A stretch of DNA of 64,000 nucleotides from an uncultured Acidimicrobiales bacterium. GTDB lineage: Bacteria > Actinomycetota > Acidimicrobiia > Acidimicrobiales > UBA10347. A program made the translations under genes and the position numbers. Shown in pieces: positions 10,658-20,746 of this stretch. The stretch lies in NCBI GenBank assembly GCA_943788915.1, contig CALSSD010000010.1, positions 1 to 64,000 of the forward strand. The letters run 5' to 3'. A model generated the notes under the pieces. It made no database searches, was not told where the DNA came from, and saw only the letters and a program-made list of their open reading frames with translations. How positions within the stretch are numbered: position 1 is the stretch's first letter; the number at the start of each line of letters is the position of its first letter.

Positions 10658-11380
10658 TTACGCCGAAGTAATGACGTCGCCTTGGGAGATCGTGCCTTCC
10701 GTGACCACCAATGCGCCGATCGACAGCGTCGTTGCTCGTTCCGCATTGATGGTGCGCAACACGTCGAGATCGCGGTCCAGCCCGGGCTGAGGACGGGTCA
10801 CGATCACACACCGATCGATCGGTTTCGTGACCGCAAGCTCTGTTGTGCCGAGGCTGACATGGGTGCCGACGAGACCGTCTTCGCCAGAGCCATCCAGAAG
10901 CACGTTGGCCCGGAACCTGCGTTGGTCCCAGTCGCGCATGGTGTCGCGGCTCACCAGCGACACCCGGCTCGCTTTCGAGTCGTGCCACGCTCCGCCCGGC
11001 CCTTGCCAGCTGACCCAGTTCTCGTCGTTCTCGAAGTCCAGTGGGACCTCGTAGGTGCCGCCCTCTTCGCCGGCGGCACGGAGTTCGACCTGGCGGTTGA
11101 GCCACGACGACAGCTGCTGGTTACAGGTCTCGTTGGCGCTGCTGATAACGGTTCCGTCGGGCAGCGTGATCGCCACATCGGCACCGGTCAGCGCAGCCGA
11201 AGCGAACAACAACTCTGGCGTGCGTCGGGCGGTGAGGACCGTGCCGGTGTCGACATCGAAGATGCCCCAGGACCGGTCACCCAGTACGCCGAGTTCGGTG
11301 ACGGTGGCAACACTCACGCGTTCGCCGCCAACCGACTTGATCGGATACCGCCAAATTTCGCTCACGCGCAGATCACTCAT
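10658..11380 (-). CDS. MOSC domain protein
   Basis: IWRYPIKSVGGE, GDRSW, RRFRANV and RCVIVT. The upstream ORF extension is translated repeat DNA. Confidence 0.88.
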   Translation of the reverse strand: MSDLRVSEIWRYPIKSVGGERVSVATVTELGVLGDRSWGIFDVDTGTVLTARRTPELLFASAALTGADVAITLPDGTVISSANETCNQQLSSWLNRQVELRAAGEEGGTYEVPLDFENDENWVSWQGPGGAWHDSKASRVSLVSRDTMRDWDQRRFRANVLLDGSGEDGLVGTHVSLGTTELAVTKPIDRCVIVTRPQPGLDRDLDVLRTINAERATTLSIGALVVTEGTISQGDVITSA

Positions 11381-11413
11381 AGAGAGAGTGTTGCAGCTTT
11401 TCATGGCTCCGCA

Positions 11414-11707
11414 GGTAGGAGCGAGGGACGAGCGGGCAGCGGGCGAGGGACGAGCCGCACCGAGTAGCTGTGAACCATGTCCGACGAACGTCGGCCCGAA
11501 CGGGGTGGTGCGGGGTGGGTAGGAGCGAGGGACGAGCGGGCAGCGGGCGAGGGTCGAGCCGCAGCGAGTGACTGTTAACCATGTCCGGCGAACGTCGGCC
11601 CGAACGGGGTGGTGCGGGGTGGGTAGGAGCGAGGGACGAGCGGGCAGCGGGCGAGGGACGAGCCGCACCGAGTAGCTGTGAACCATGTCCGACGAACGTC
11701 GGCCCGA
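11414..11707. repeat. Intergenic tandem repeat, 104-bp unit x about 2.8
   Basis: Units start at 11414, 11518 and 11622 (GGTAGGAGCGAGGGACGAGCGGG...). Unit 2 differs from units 1 and 3 at six positions. Confidence 0.95.
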
Positions 11708-11726
11708 GCGGAGCGGTGCAACACCG

Positions 11727-12476
11727 CTAACGCATCGTGAAGCCGCGGTCGGCTAGGAAACCCTTCATGTGTGGTCGCGATTCCTTGCCGAGCAGCCCCG
11801 ACATGTCCGCAGTCCATGTGCTCTCCCGTTTGCCACCGGTGCGCTCGAGGTAATACTCCCGGAGCGTCTTGTCGTAGGCCTCGATGCCAGCACGATCATT
11901 GGTCTCGTCGTAGCGCTCTTCCTTAAGCGTCACACTGAGAGGAAGCCTGGGTTTGAGCATGGGATCCTGATCGGGCCAGCCAAGACACATGCCGAACACC
12001 GGATACACTTGGTCGGGGAGTTCAAGCAGATCCGCAACCTGCTGCGGGTCGTTGCGAATGCCGCCGATGTAGCAGATCCCGAGCCCAAGCGATTCGGCAG
12101 CGACCACTGCGTTCTGGGCCGCCAGGGAGCAGTCGCTTGTCGCAATGATGAAGTGTTCGGTCATGCCTTCGCTCAAGGTGCCACCGCCCATCTCGCACGC
12201 GACCGCAGAGCGGTGCAGATCGGCGCACCAGATGAAAAATGCTGCACACGACTCGACGTAACTCTGACCGCCAGCGAGTGTGGCGATGGCGGAACGAGTC
12301 TCGGGGTTGCGCACCCGGATCACGGTTGTGCCCTGAAGGTTGCTCGATGTCGCTGCAGCGAGGCCTGCGCCGATGATGTCGTTCACCATGTCGTCGGTGA
12401 TTGGCTCATCGGTGAATTTGCGGATGGAACGATGCCTCTTCAGTAGCGCGACGGCGCCAGCAGCGGTGTCAGTCAT
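11727..12476 (-). CDS. nfsA: Oxygen-insensitive NADPH nitroreductase (NfsA/Frp family)
   Basis: HRSIRKF, ATSSNLQ, GGQSYV, AAESLGLGICYIGGIRN and KPRLP. Confidence 0.9.
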   Translation of the reverse strand: MTDTAAGAVALLKRHRSIRKFTDEPITDDMVNDIIGAGLAAATSSNLQGTTVIRVRNPETRSAIATLAGGQSYVESCAAFFIWCADLHRSAVACEMGGGTLSEGMTEHFIIATSDCSLAAQNAVVAAESLGLGICYIGGIRNDPQQVADLLELPDQVYPVFGMCLGWPDQDPMLKPRLPLSVTLKEERYDETNDRAGIEAYDKTLREYYLERTGGKRESTWTADMSGLLGKESRPHMKGFLADRGFTMR

Positions 12477-12496
12477 CGGGCGATCCTAACCAGCAG

Positions 12497-12993
12497 GCAC
12501 ACGCTCCCGTAGTTGATGAAATCACTACAAGCCTGGAGGCCGCCACTGATATGGCGGTTGCAGGCCACCTGACCTGTGTCGGCGCAACCCAGCAGCAAGT
12601 CGGCAAAGTCATCGACGACTACATCGCTGCAGGTGTCCGCCACATCGTGGCGCTGCGGGGCGGCGCTCCCGACGGCTCGACCGGCGGATCAGTAGCGGGC
12701 GGCTATCGCGATGCAGCCGACCTTTTGCTGGTATCCGCCGGTTCTCCGAACGCTGCGGCACCACAATCCCACATTGGATACATGAGCTCTTCGCCGTCCT
12801 CGAAGATGCGCCCGAAGTCCACCAGATGATCGCAGCCACCACTGCTGCCGAACCGTGCCGCCAACTGGCTGAACACGGCGTGAACCAGTTCCACTTCTCC
12901 ACAATGAACAAGCCTGAGATTACTGCTGCAATCTGTCGGCTCTTGGGTGTCACTCCTGCTTCGGGTCGCTCCCGACAAGCGCAAGTATCATGA
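12497..12993 (+). pseudogene. metF: 5,10-methylenetetrahydrofolate reductase relic (5' truncated, internal deletion)
   Basis: GHLTCVGAT..GVRHIVALRG..YRDAADL is joined out of frame to the C-terminal RRFSERCGTTIPHW..EHGVNQFHFSTMNKPEITAAICRLLGV. The central third and the N-terminus are absent. Confidence 0.8.
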
Positions 12994-13093
12994 CCCGTTC
13001 CACCCGATTGGCGGCTCTTTGTGCGAAAAGTTACGTCCCCTGGGGAAGGTAACTTTTCGAGGGGCTGCTTTCGTTGGAGCGTGGCCTCGGGGG

Positions 13094-13870
13094 CTATCGC
13101 AGGTTGACCCGTAGGCCAGCCACCGACACTTGATCGTCGCTTACCGAACAACCGAGCCGATCAGCAGCATCCAGGATGGCATCTCGATCGGTCACGGTCA
13201 CATCGATGCCGCCGAGGCCCTCGCCGCGCCCGTCGGTGTCTTCGACGAACCGCAGGGTGGCATTGTCGAGTTGCATCGTTGGGTTGCCGTCGGCATCGGG
13301 TGTCAGGCCGATCTCGGCGATCTCGGCCCACCGTTGTGCCAAACGATCGGGTTCTGGGCTTTGTAGTTCAGCGGCGGAGATGCCGCTGACTCGACTGGTG
13401 TTCACGTAGGGTTCCCAGTTCTTACCGGCTGGATACCACGGTCCGCCCACAGCGTCGCCGCCTGGCATGGTCATCTGGTCCATCTCGAAGAACGAACCGC
13501 CCGTGTCGCCGGGGTGAAGCTGAATGCCGTCATGGCCTTCGTCGGGGTAGTGCAAATCAAATGCGACCCGCACGCCGAGTTCGGCGGCACGGACTCGGCG
13601 TCGAGCGACATCATCGACCTGAGTGATCACCATGTAGCCGCCGTCGCCGCCTCGGCGTTCGATGTAGCGGCCACCTGCAGTTCCGTCAGCGATTGGCGTG
13701 ACAACTTCGAGCATCTGCGTGCCGATCGGCCACAGCGTATTCTTGAGTCCGAACTGTTTAACGCCGGGGTCCGTGAAACAGGCTTCGGCTCCAAGAACAC
13801 CGGTGATCTCGGCGCCTACTTTCTGCAAGTCCGAAGCAACCACCGCGATCTGACGCAATCTCATCCACAT
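13094..13870 (-). CDS. VOC/glyoxalase-like protein
   Basis: MRLRQIAVVA..DPGVKQFGLKN..LEVVTP..GGDGGYMVI. Confidence 0.8.
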   Translation of the reverse strand: MWMRLRQIAVVASDLQKVGAEITGVLGAEACFTDPGVKQFGLKNTLWPIGTQMLEVVTPIADGTAGGRYIERRGGDGGYMVITQVDDVARRRVRAAELGVRVAFDLHYPDEGHDGIQLHPGDTGGSFFEMDQMTMPGGDAVGGPWYPAGKNWEPYVNTSRVSGISAAELQSPEPDRLAQRWAEIAEIGLTPDADGNPTMQLDNATLRFVEDTDGRGEGLGGIDVTVTDRDAILDAADRLGCSVSDDQVSVAGLRVNLR

Positions 13871-14029
13871 GTAACTAAACCTAGACCTTGCGCTGATGCG
13901 GGTTGTAGACCGGATGTACCTTCGGCGTTGGATGGCTCATGCGGTCATGTCTCCTCAGCTGTCCCGACCACTGGCCACGTGCACAATCGTTCCGCAGAGA
14001 CTGGCCGGGTGCGACTCGAAGCAGGAAGC

Positions 14030-14305
14030 ATGCTGCTCGTCTTCGTAGCCCTCGCCCCGGCCGAAAACGACGACGCAACTGCCCGCCAACTGTTTCTCAC
14101 CACCAAGTACAGACGCACGATCGACTTCATGGCCTACTCAATCGACTTTGCCAAGACTCTTGGCGTCACATCTGAGTACCACGCAATAGCCAGATCGCGA
14201 ACGCCCGAAGAGACGTCGGCCCATCAACGAACCTGTATCGAGGCCGTGCAGGCAGAGATCACGCGCCGAGGATGGAACACTCAAGAACGACCCCTCGAGA
14301 CTTGA
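14030..14305 (+). pseudogene. Possible short hypothetical protein or C-terminal gene remnant
   Basis: Protein-like helical stretch ending EITRRGW, with no clear start signal. Confidence 0.25.
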
Positions 14306-14527
14306 CTATGCAGGCTCAAGGCACTTCGGCTCACATGCCCCCTCGATAGTCCTTCAATGCCGCGTCAACTTTTGTGTGACGCTTCGGTCCCGGGTTGAGG
14401 CGTTCGCGCACGCCGGCTAGCGGGACTTCAGGGCAAGGAACAAGATGTGGAGTGCCGACGAACTCCTCGCGATGACGAAAGGCCGAGGTACGCAGCACTG
14501 CCACCGAGGGCGATCACTGGACCCGGC

Positions 14528-15472
14528 TCATGGGCGGAGGAAGTCGACCAGTAGGTTGATCTCCTGGTCCACGTTGGACGGCACGATGTAGCCAGCTTCG
14601 TCCGTGATCTCGTCGATCCGTGCCGCCACCGTTTCCAGGTCGAGTTCGTCGTCGTAGATCCCTGGGGTGACGCCGACAAAGGCTCGACCCACTCGTCCGC
14701 CCGAAGCCGACAACGTCTCGCCGGTCAGTTCGCATGAGCGATGGGCCAAAAACACAACTGCGGGTGATACCTGATGTGGTCCCATCTGTCGTTCGAGGTC
14801 GGCGCCGTCGAGTCCGAACAATTCGGCCGTAGGGCTGTCATGACCCAACACATCACCGGTCATCCGTGTCAGCGCGCCGGGTGCTATGGCGTTCACGTTG
14901 ATTCCGTAGCGGCGTCCTTCGATTGCCAATGTTTTGGTCAGACCCATGATCCCCGCCTTGGCTGCGGCATAGGCGGCCTGACCGAAGGAGCCGAATAATC
15001 CTGAGCCCGATGATGTGTTGACGATGCGGCCGTACTTGGCCGCCTTCATGTGTTCATAGGCGGGCTGCGTGACAAAGAACGCTCCCTTCAGGTGCACATC
15101 GAGAATCGGTTCGAGTTCATCGACACCGAGGTTGAGGAAGGTTCTGTTTCGGATGATGCCCGCATTGTTGATCACGATGTCGAGCCCCCCGTATGTCTCG
15201 ATGGCTTGGTTGACCATGGCTGTACCGCCGTGACGGGTCGACACTGAATCGCTGTTGGCGACAGCGCTGCCCCCGGCTTCACGGATCTCATCGACGACAC
15301 GCTGTGCTGGTCCGTCATCATGTTCCTGGCCGCTCATTGTTGGTGAGCCGAGGTCGTTCACAACCACGGCCGCTCCGCGTTCAGCCAACAGGAGCGCATG
15401 CTCGCGGCCCAGACCACCGCCGGCTCCGGTGACAAGGGCGATCTCGCCGTCGAATCTCAGCTGGTCGGTCAT
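14528..15472 (-). CDS. SDR, 3-hydroxyacyl-CoA dehydrogenase-like (MFE-2 type)
   Basis: TGAGGGLGREHA, VVVNDLG, NNAGIIR and YAAAK. Confidence 0.9.
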   Translation of the reverse strand: MTDQLRFDGEIALVTGAGGGLGREHALLLAERGAAVVVNDLGSPTMSGQEHDDGPAQRVVDEIREAGGSAVANSDSVSTRHGGTAMVNQAIETYGGLDIVINNAGIIRNRTFLNLGVDELEPILDVHLKGAFFVTQPAYEHMKAAKYGRIVNTSSGSGLFGSFGQAAYAAAKAGIMGLTKTLAIEGRRYGINVNAIAPGALTRMTGDVLGHDSPTAELFGLDGADLERQMGPHQVSPAVVFLAHRSCELTGETLSASGGRVGRAFVGVTPGIYDDELDLETVAARIDEITDEAGYIVPSNVDQEINLLVDFLRP

Positions 15473-16156
15473 ATCAGTTCACACTCCATCATCGGGAACC
15501 TAGCTCCCCGGACCTCACGGCAAATACCGAGCGCCGACCGCTCCACCACACGTCGAAAAACTCCAGATCCATCGCCACGGCCTGACCGATCCTCCCGTCC
15601 CGACCGATTTTGAGCGGACCCGAATCGTTGAGGCGACACGATGCCCGAGCACAGCACCCGCCGAGCGGCTTATGGTCCGACCCACGGCTGGAGCGATTGG
15701 CCGGGAATTGGGACTCGGATGATACTCACATCGCCGGGATGACTCGGTCGACCCCGATGACCGACACGGTCGACGACTGGCTGCGCGGGGCAATTTGCGA
15801 CTCAAGACAGCCAACGCAACCGTCGTTCGTCTCAGAGGTGACCACGAGCTCTCGGCGCATGGCTTGGATCTCTTGGCACGACAAGACCCTTTGCCGCAGT
15901 TTCAACCTGCGACCAAATTCAGGCGAACGGCAAGCGTCGCCACGGACCCTGAAGTTCGGGCCCGGAAGGTCACCGATAAGCGCCGCCGCGGTGTATCGGT
16001 GAACCCAATCGGAGTATTCATGCCGACGATTCGCTCGGCATTCGCATCCCACTAGACATCGGAGCAACGTCGCTGCCACAGATGAGCCCTAAACGAACGA
16101 GCCGCCCTGCCGCCTCGGCGGACTTTCGGTCGTCGTGCATAACGCCGGCGGAGGTC

Positions 16157-16573
16157 TTAGCCGTGGAGCATCTTGTCGGCTTCGCGAAGACGAGCTACTA
16201 CAGCCTTCAGCATGGCGTGCGAGATCTCGGGATAGTCCTCCCACACAGGCAAGAAACCCGCTCGCGGAATAAGCCACACTGTGGACTCTTCCTCGATCGT
16301 GACCGTCGCGGAAGAAGGGGCATCATCGACCATTGCCAACTCACCAATGACCGCGCCTTCACCAAGCGTTGCCACGACCTTGTCGTCAAGCTTCACACTG
16401 GCAGAACCCTCAATAATCATGTACATGTGTGTGACCACTTGACCCTCGTAAATGAGAATCCTGCCCTCTTTTACATGCACCCGATCGGTAATTTTCGCAA
16501 CCGCCTGAAGATGCTTTTCATCGAGTGCTGAAAATATTGAGGTCTGCTTCAGAGCCTCAAGCTTGTCGTCCAT
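16157..16573 (-). CDS. Stand-alone cyclic nucleotide-binding domain protein
   Basis: LGEGAVIGELAMV..SATV cNMP-binding cassette. Confidence 0.85.
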   Translation of the reverse strand: MDDKLEALKQTSIFSALDEKHLQAVAKITDRVHVKEGRILIYEGQVVTHMYMIIEGSASVKLDDKVVATLGEGAVIGELAMVDDAPSSATVTIEEESTVWLIPRAGFLPVWEDYPEISHAMLKAVVARLREADKMLHG

Positions 16574-17250
16574 GTAGTTTCCTCTGAATCGCTGATCGAC
16601 TGTTCTGACTGTAATGCAGTCGAGTCCCTACGCGACTGTTTGACCCTAAGTTCGTAGATGTGGGTGGTCATCTCGTGACGTTGTGCCTGGGCGTTGTTTG
16701 GAAGTTGTGCGGTTCTCACTGGTGCACCCGATCGTGGCTCGCTCGGACGACGCAACCCACATTTCTTGACCGGTGAGGTCACACGCCTTCACGACGCAGA
16801 CGTGCACCGAATAATTGCTCTTGTGGTACGACCCACCGGGTGTCGGGTCAGGGCGATGATAGGTGCGGCTGGGTCGGCCTCGATGGTGTGATCAAGGTCG
16901 GGTTTGGTGGCCGCGCCACAATCACCATCAACTCCGACGCGGTGTCTGCTTCGGCGTTCGCACGGATGATCGAACACGAAACCCGCAAGATCCGCAAACG
17001 GGATCTGGCTGATGGCATCGAACGCACTGACAGCCAACGCCGCCACGCTTGGCTCCAAATCGACCCCGTCGACTACGGCTGCGAGAATCGCCTCGGGAAC
17101 GTTGAACCAAAATGTGAACCCGACAACCTGGCCAAAGGCGCCACCACTGGTCACACGAGTGCTCCAATCCGTGTCCGGCGAACGCTGGCCTGAGCGGAGC
17201 GGTGCAAAGCAGTTGAAGGCCAGCAGTGCGCGCGACAGTATCTTGCGGAC

Positions 17251-18072
17251 GTGTCGAGCTACGCCCATCAACCATCCGTCGACGACCCTGAGCAGGTGCC
17301 GATCCGGCACGCAGCCACGGTCATGATCGTGCAGGACCGCCCACAACTCCAGGTGCTCATGGTGCAGCGCACATCGCGAGCGGTGTTCGGTCCGAGCGCT
17401 TGGGTGTTTCCCGGAGGCCGAGTCGACCTCGATGACGCAGCTGAACTCAGTCATGTTGTCCATGGCTTGAGCGATGATGACGCATCGTCCATGCTCGACG
17501 TTCCGGGGAATGGACGTGCCTGGTGGGTCGCTGGCCTGCGGGAAACGCTCGAAGAAGCGGGTTTGTTGCTTGGCGCTGGTCACGCGCCGCTTCCTGTCAT
17601 CGAAAAGACCCGTGATGCAGTCCATGCCGATGCAGGGGTCTTCGTCGATGCGCTGGCAGCGAACGGGCTCAGTCTCGATCTATCAGAAATGGCCGAGGCT
17701 GCCAGGTTCGTCACCCCAGTGGGTCCGCCTCGCCGATTCGACACTCGATTCTTTGTGGCCGCAGCGCCCGCCGATCAGATTGCCAAACACGACGAAGAAG
17801 AAGTTGTGCAACATGTCTGGATCGAGCCGGGCGAGGCCATCGCTCAGTTCCGCAACGACGCCTTTCCCATGATGTCGGTCACCCATCGCATGCTGGCATG
17901 CCTGGCTCGTTATGAGACGGTTGCCGAGCTAATGGCCGTGGCCCACGAGCGCAAGCCCATTCAGCGAGTACGGGTCAACGACCCCGACGGAGCGTACGAG
18001 GTCGTGCTCCCGGGTGAACCCGGTTATGAGACAGCCGACCTCGAGATCGAACACGGCTGGATCCGCATCTAG
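17251..18072 (+). CDS. NUDIX hydrolase (NUDT19-like)
   Basis: WVFPGGRVD..LRETLEEAG and TPVGPPRRFDTRFF. Confidence 0.88.
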   Translation: MSSYAHQPSVDDPEQVPIRHAATVMIVQDRPQLQVLMVQRTSRAVFGPSAWVFPGGRVDLDDAAELSHVVHGLSDDDASSMLDVPGNGRAWWVAGLRETLEEAGLLLGAGHAPLPVIEKTRDAVHADAGVFVDALAANGLSLDLSEMAEAARFVTPVGPPRRFDTRFFVAAAPADQIAKHDEEEVVQHVWIEPGEAIAQFRNDAFPMMSVTHRMLACLARYETVAELMAVAHERKPIQRVRVNDPDGAYEVVLPGEPGYETADLEIEHGWIRI

Positions 18073-18080
18073 CCAGCGAC

Positions 18081-20435
18081 CTAACGCACACCCAGGATTT
18101 CGTCGGTGTGTTCACCCAGAAGTGGGGCTCGATGCATAACCCCGTTGGCGGTATTGCGGGTTCGCCACGGAACGCCACTGTGTGTTCTTTCCCCGACCTC
18201 GGGATGATCGAAGCGTTCCCAGAAGCCCCGTTCTGTGAGCTGAGGGTTCACTTCAATCTCGGGACAAGTCAGCGATGGGTACGCGGCGATTCCGGCCGCC
18301 TGCAAGAGCTCGGCGAGCTGCCACCGTTCGTGTTGTGCCGAAAATGCAGACACGATGGACTCCAGGTCCTCTTCATTTGCTTTTCGACCTGCCAGTGCGG
18401 TGAACCGATCATCACCTGCCTGCTCGCCAATCAGTGCAGCAAACCCCGCCCATTGATCGTCGGACATGCAGGCGATCGAGATCCATGCATCGTCGCCTGC
18501 ACACGGGAAGATGCCATGAGGTGCTGCCGTTGGGTTCCTGCTGCCCATACGAGATAGCGGCGCTGATCCAAGTGCATGGCCCATCCACAATTCCACAGCG
18601 TTGGCGGCGGTTGCTTCCCACAACGACACATCGATGCGGGCCGGGGGAGTGCCCTTCGATCGGCCAATGAGCGATGCCATCACCGCGAAGGCTGCCGTGA
18701 GTCCAGCGGCCGGGTCGCCGAAGGAGATGCCGGCCTCTTCGGGGCGGCTGTCGACATGACCGGTCATCGACGTGAGACCAGAAAGTGGTGCGGTGGTAGG
18801 CCCGTATCCCATGTATTCGGCCAGTGGGCCGGTGTGACCGAAACCGGTCACCGAGGCGATGATCACGTCGGGGTTGGCGTTACGAAGAACATCGTCGCCG
18901 AGACCAAGTCGTTCCATGACGCCGGTCGCGTAGTTGTCGACGACGACATCGGCTGAAGCGACCAGCTGCAACACCGTGGCGATTGAGTCCCGGTCGGTCA
19001 GGTCGAGCTCAACACTCTTTTTCCCCTGATCCCACTGGTTGAAGTAGCCGCACGTATTTAGCGTGACCTCAAGCTCGGGCGGATGGACGGGTAAACGTCG
19101 ACCCAGACCTGGCCGGGAACTCGACTCAATTTTGATCACCTCGGCACCCAGATAGGCCAGATGCATGGTGAGAAAGGGCCCGGCCCATACCCATGAAAAA
19201 TCGATGACTCGCACACCTTCGAGCGGCCTTCGGGCGACTGCCGTTGGGTCGAACGATGGTTGTGCTGCTCGTTGACCAGCGAACGTGGGCGTTGATTCTG
19301 GGTCCAACAGTGGGGCAGCGGTGGCGAGTTGCCAAGAGTTGGGCTCCATGCGATACGGAGCACCCATGTATGTCAGATCGCCGGCGGCCTCGTGTGACGC
19401 ACTGGGAAAGAAGCCCCGCCCAAGGAGGTGTTCTTGGCGTGCCAGATCCGCCATCGTGAAAACCGGAGCGAAACAAATGCGTCGTGCCTGCCCCTCGTGG
19501 AAGAGATATTCAACCTTGTGTTGGCTCGTCCACTCCTCGATGTAGATAGCGAGCAGGTCGCGGTTTGCCGCTCGGTCGTCGAAGGTGGCGAACACCTCGA
19601 GCAGTGCCCACTCCGGGGTGCCCATCATGTCGACGAGTCGTTCCCATTGATCCTGCTCAACGGTGACCAGGAAGATCAGGCCATCGCTGCACTGAAAGAT
19701 GCCCCATGGGTTCAGGATGCGACCCTCGCTCCGGGACGCGACCTTGCCGCTGTAGCTCCAGGCAATAAACGATGCCTCGAGCATTGATGCCACGTGAGCC
19801 ATGACCGACAGGTCGATGTATTCGCCGACGCCGGTTGCCTGAGCCTTGTAGTGCGCGCCGAGCGCAGCGAATGCGCCAGCCATTCCAGCCTGGCAGTTCG
19901 CCGGGTGGCCAAACACGGTCAGCGGCGGTGCCAGCGAATCCGGGTCGTCGCCGGGAATGAGGTATCCCCAGCCGCCGCCATGGACCACATTGATCTCTTC
20001 GCCCCGCCAGTTTGCATGGGGACCGGTATGGCCGTACGGGGTAAGGGCGCACACCACCAGCGAGGGGAAGGCGGCGAGTAGTTCGTCGCCGTCGAGGCCG
20101 ACCTCGATGGCTCGCTCCGCACTGCATGAGTGCACGACGATGTCAGCTTGACCTACGAGTTCGCGTAGCTGGGTTCGTCCATCCGCAGTGTCAAGATCGA
20201 GAACAATGGTGCGCTTGTTGGTGTTCAGACCAAGGAAGAGACCACTCTGCTCTGGGTCGCCTGGCGCGGCCGGTGGGAACGGTCCTGAAGCCCTAGCCGG
20301 ATCACCGTCAGGGCCTTCGACCTTGATGACATCGGCGCCGATATCACCCAGCAGCTTGGCGGCATATGGCGCCGCAACGTTGTCGCCGATTTCGAGGACG
20401 CGTACTGTCGACAGCGCTTGTGTTGTGGTGCTCAT
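18081..20435 (-). CDS. Double-domain CaiB/BaiF CoA-transferase
   Basis: Two tandem CoA-transferase III modules (VRVLEIG..LNTNKR and PLEGVRVIDFSWVWAGP..QGKKS..APLLGEHT). Confidence 0.9.
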   Translation of the reverse strand: MSTTTQALSTVRVLEIGDNVAAPYAAKLLGDIGADVIKVEGPDGDPARASGPFPPAAPGDPEQSGLFLGLNTNKRTIVLDLDTADGRTQLRELVGQADIVVHSCSAERAIEVGLDGDELLAAFPSLVVCALTPYGHTGPHANWRGEEINVVHGGGWGYLIPGDDPDSLAPPLTVFGHPANCQAGMAGAFAALGAHYKAQATGVGEYIDLSVMAHVASMLEASFIAWSYSGKVASRSEGRILNPWGIFQCSDGLIFLVTVEQDQWERLVDMMGTPEWALLEVFATFDDRAANRDLLAIYIEEWTSQHKVEYLFHEGQARRICFAPVFTMADLARQEHLLGRGFFPSASHEAAGDLTYMGAPYRMEPNSWQLATAAPLLDPESTPTFAGQRAAQPSFDPTAVARRPLEGVRVIDFSWVWAGPFLTMHLAYLGAEVIKIESSSRPGLGRRLPVHPPELEVTLNTCGYFNQWDQGKKSVELDLTDRDSIATVLQLVASADVVVDNYATGVMERLGLGDDVLRNANPDVIIASVTGFGHTGPLAEYMGYGPTTAPLSGLTSMTGHVDSRPEEAGISFGDPAAGLTAAFAVMASLIGRSKGTPPARIDVSLWEATAANAVELWMGHALGSAPLSRMGSRNPTAAPHGIFPCAGDDAWISIACMSDDQWAGFAALIGEQAGDDRFTALAGRKANEEDLESIVSAFSAQHERWQLAELLQAAGIAAYPSLTCPEIEVNPQLTERGFWERFDHPEVGERTHSGVPWRTRNTANGVMHRAPLLGEHTDEILGVR

Positions 20436-20746
20436 GTTCGACCCTTCCCGAATGCCAGAGCATGACAGTAGAACGAACCCGACTTGCACAGTGAAAGTGT
20501 CGCCGCTTCGAGCCCAGAACTGGGTCGCTGGATCGAATAGCCATCTCGGCCGGTGGGCCTTCTGCTTTCTGAAGTGAAACGCCAGGTCGGCAATCAGTAT
20601 CTGGCCACCGAGACCACGGCACAGATAACTTTCCGAAAAACCTTGTGACTTTCCCTGTTCCGCGAGCGTCTCCAAGGTGGGAGCCATGTGGTTCCGCTCA
20701 TGCGCCACGTGGGGGCATGTATGAACGTTTCGTTCGCTGGTAGTGA

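Noticed and set aside
11415..11430. Classical GTAG-family REP (units begin GTAGGAGCGAG)
   Set aside because: No palindrome follows the GTAG, and there is no RAYT in the window.
10658..11686. 342-aa MOSC protein with a repetitive N-terminal extension
   Set aside because: The extension is just the 104-bp repeat read through. The domain begins at Met 11380.
11414..11707. CRISPR array
   Set aside because: The whole 104-bp unit repeats, there are no unique spacers, and no cas genes are present.
16789..16960. HNH/DUF222 remnant suggested by DLDHTIE
   Set aside because: No downstream N..LC..HH motif was found in the frames examined.
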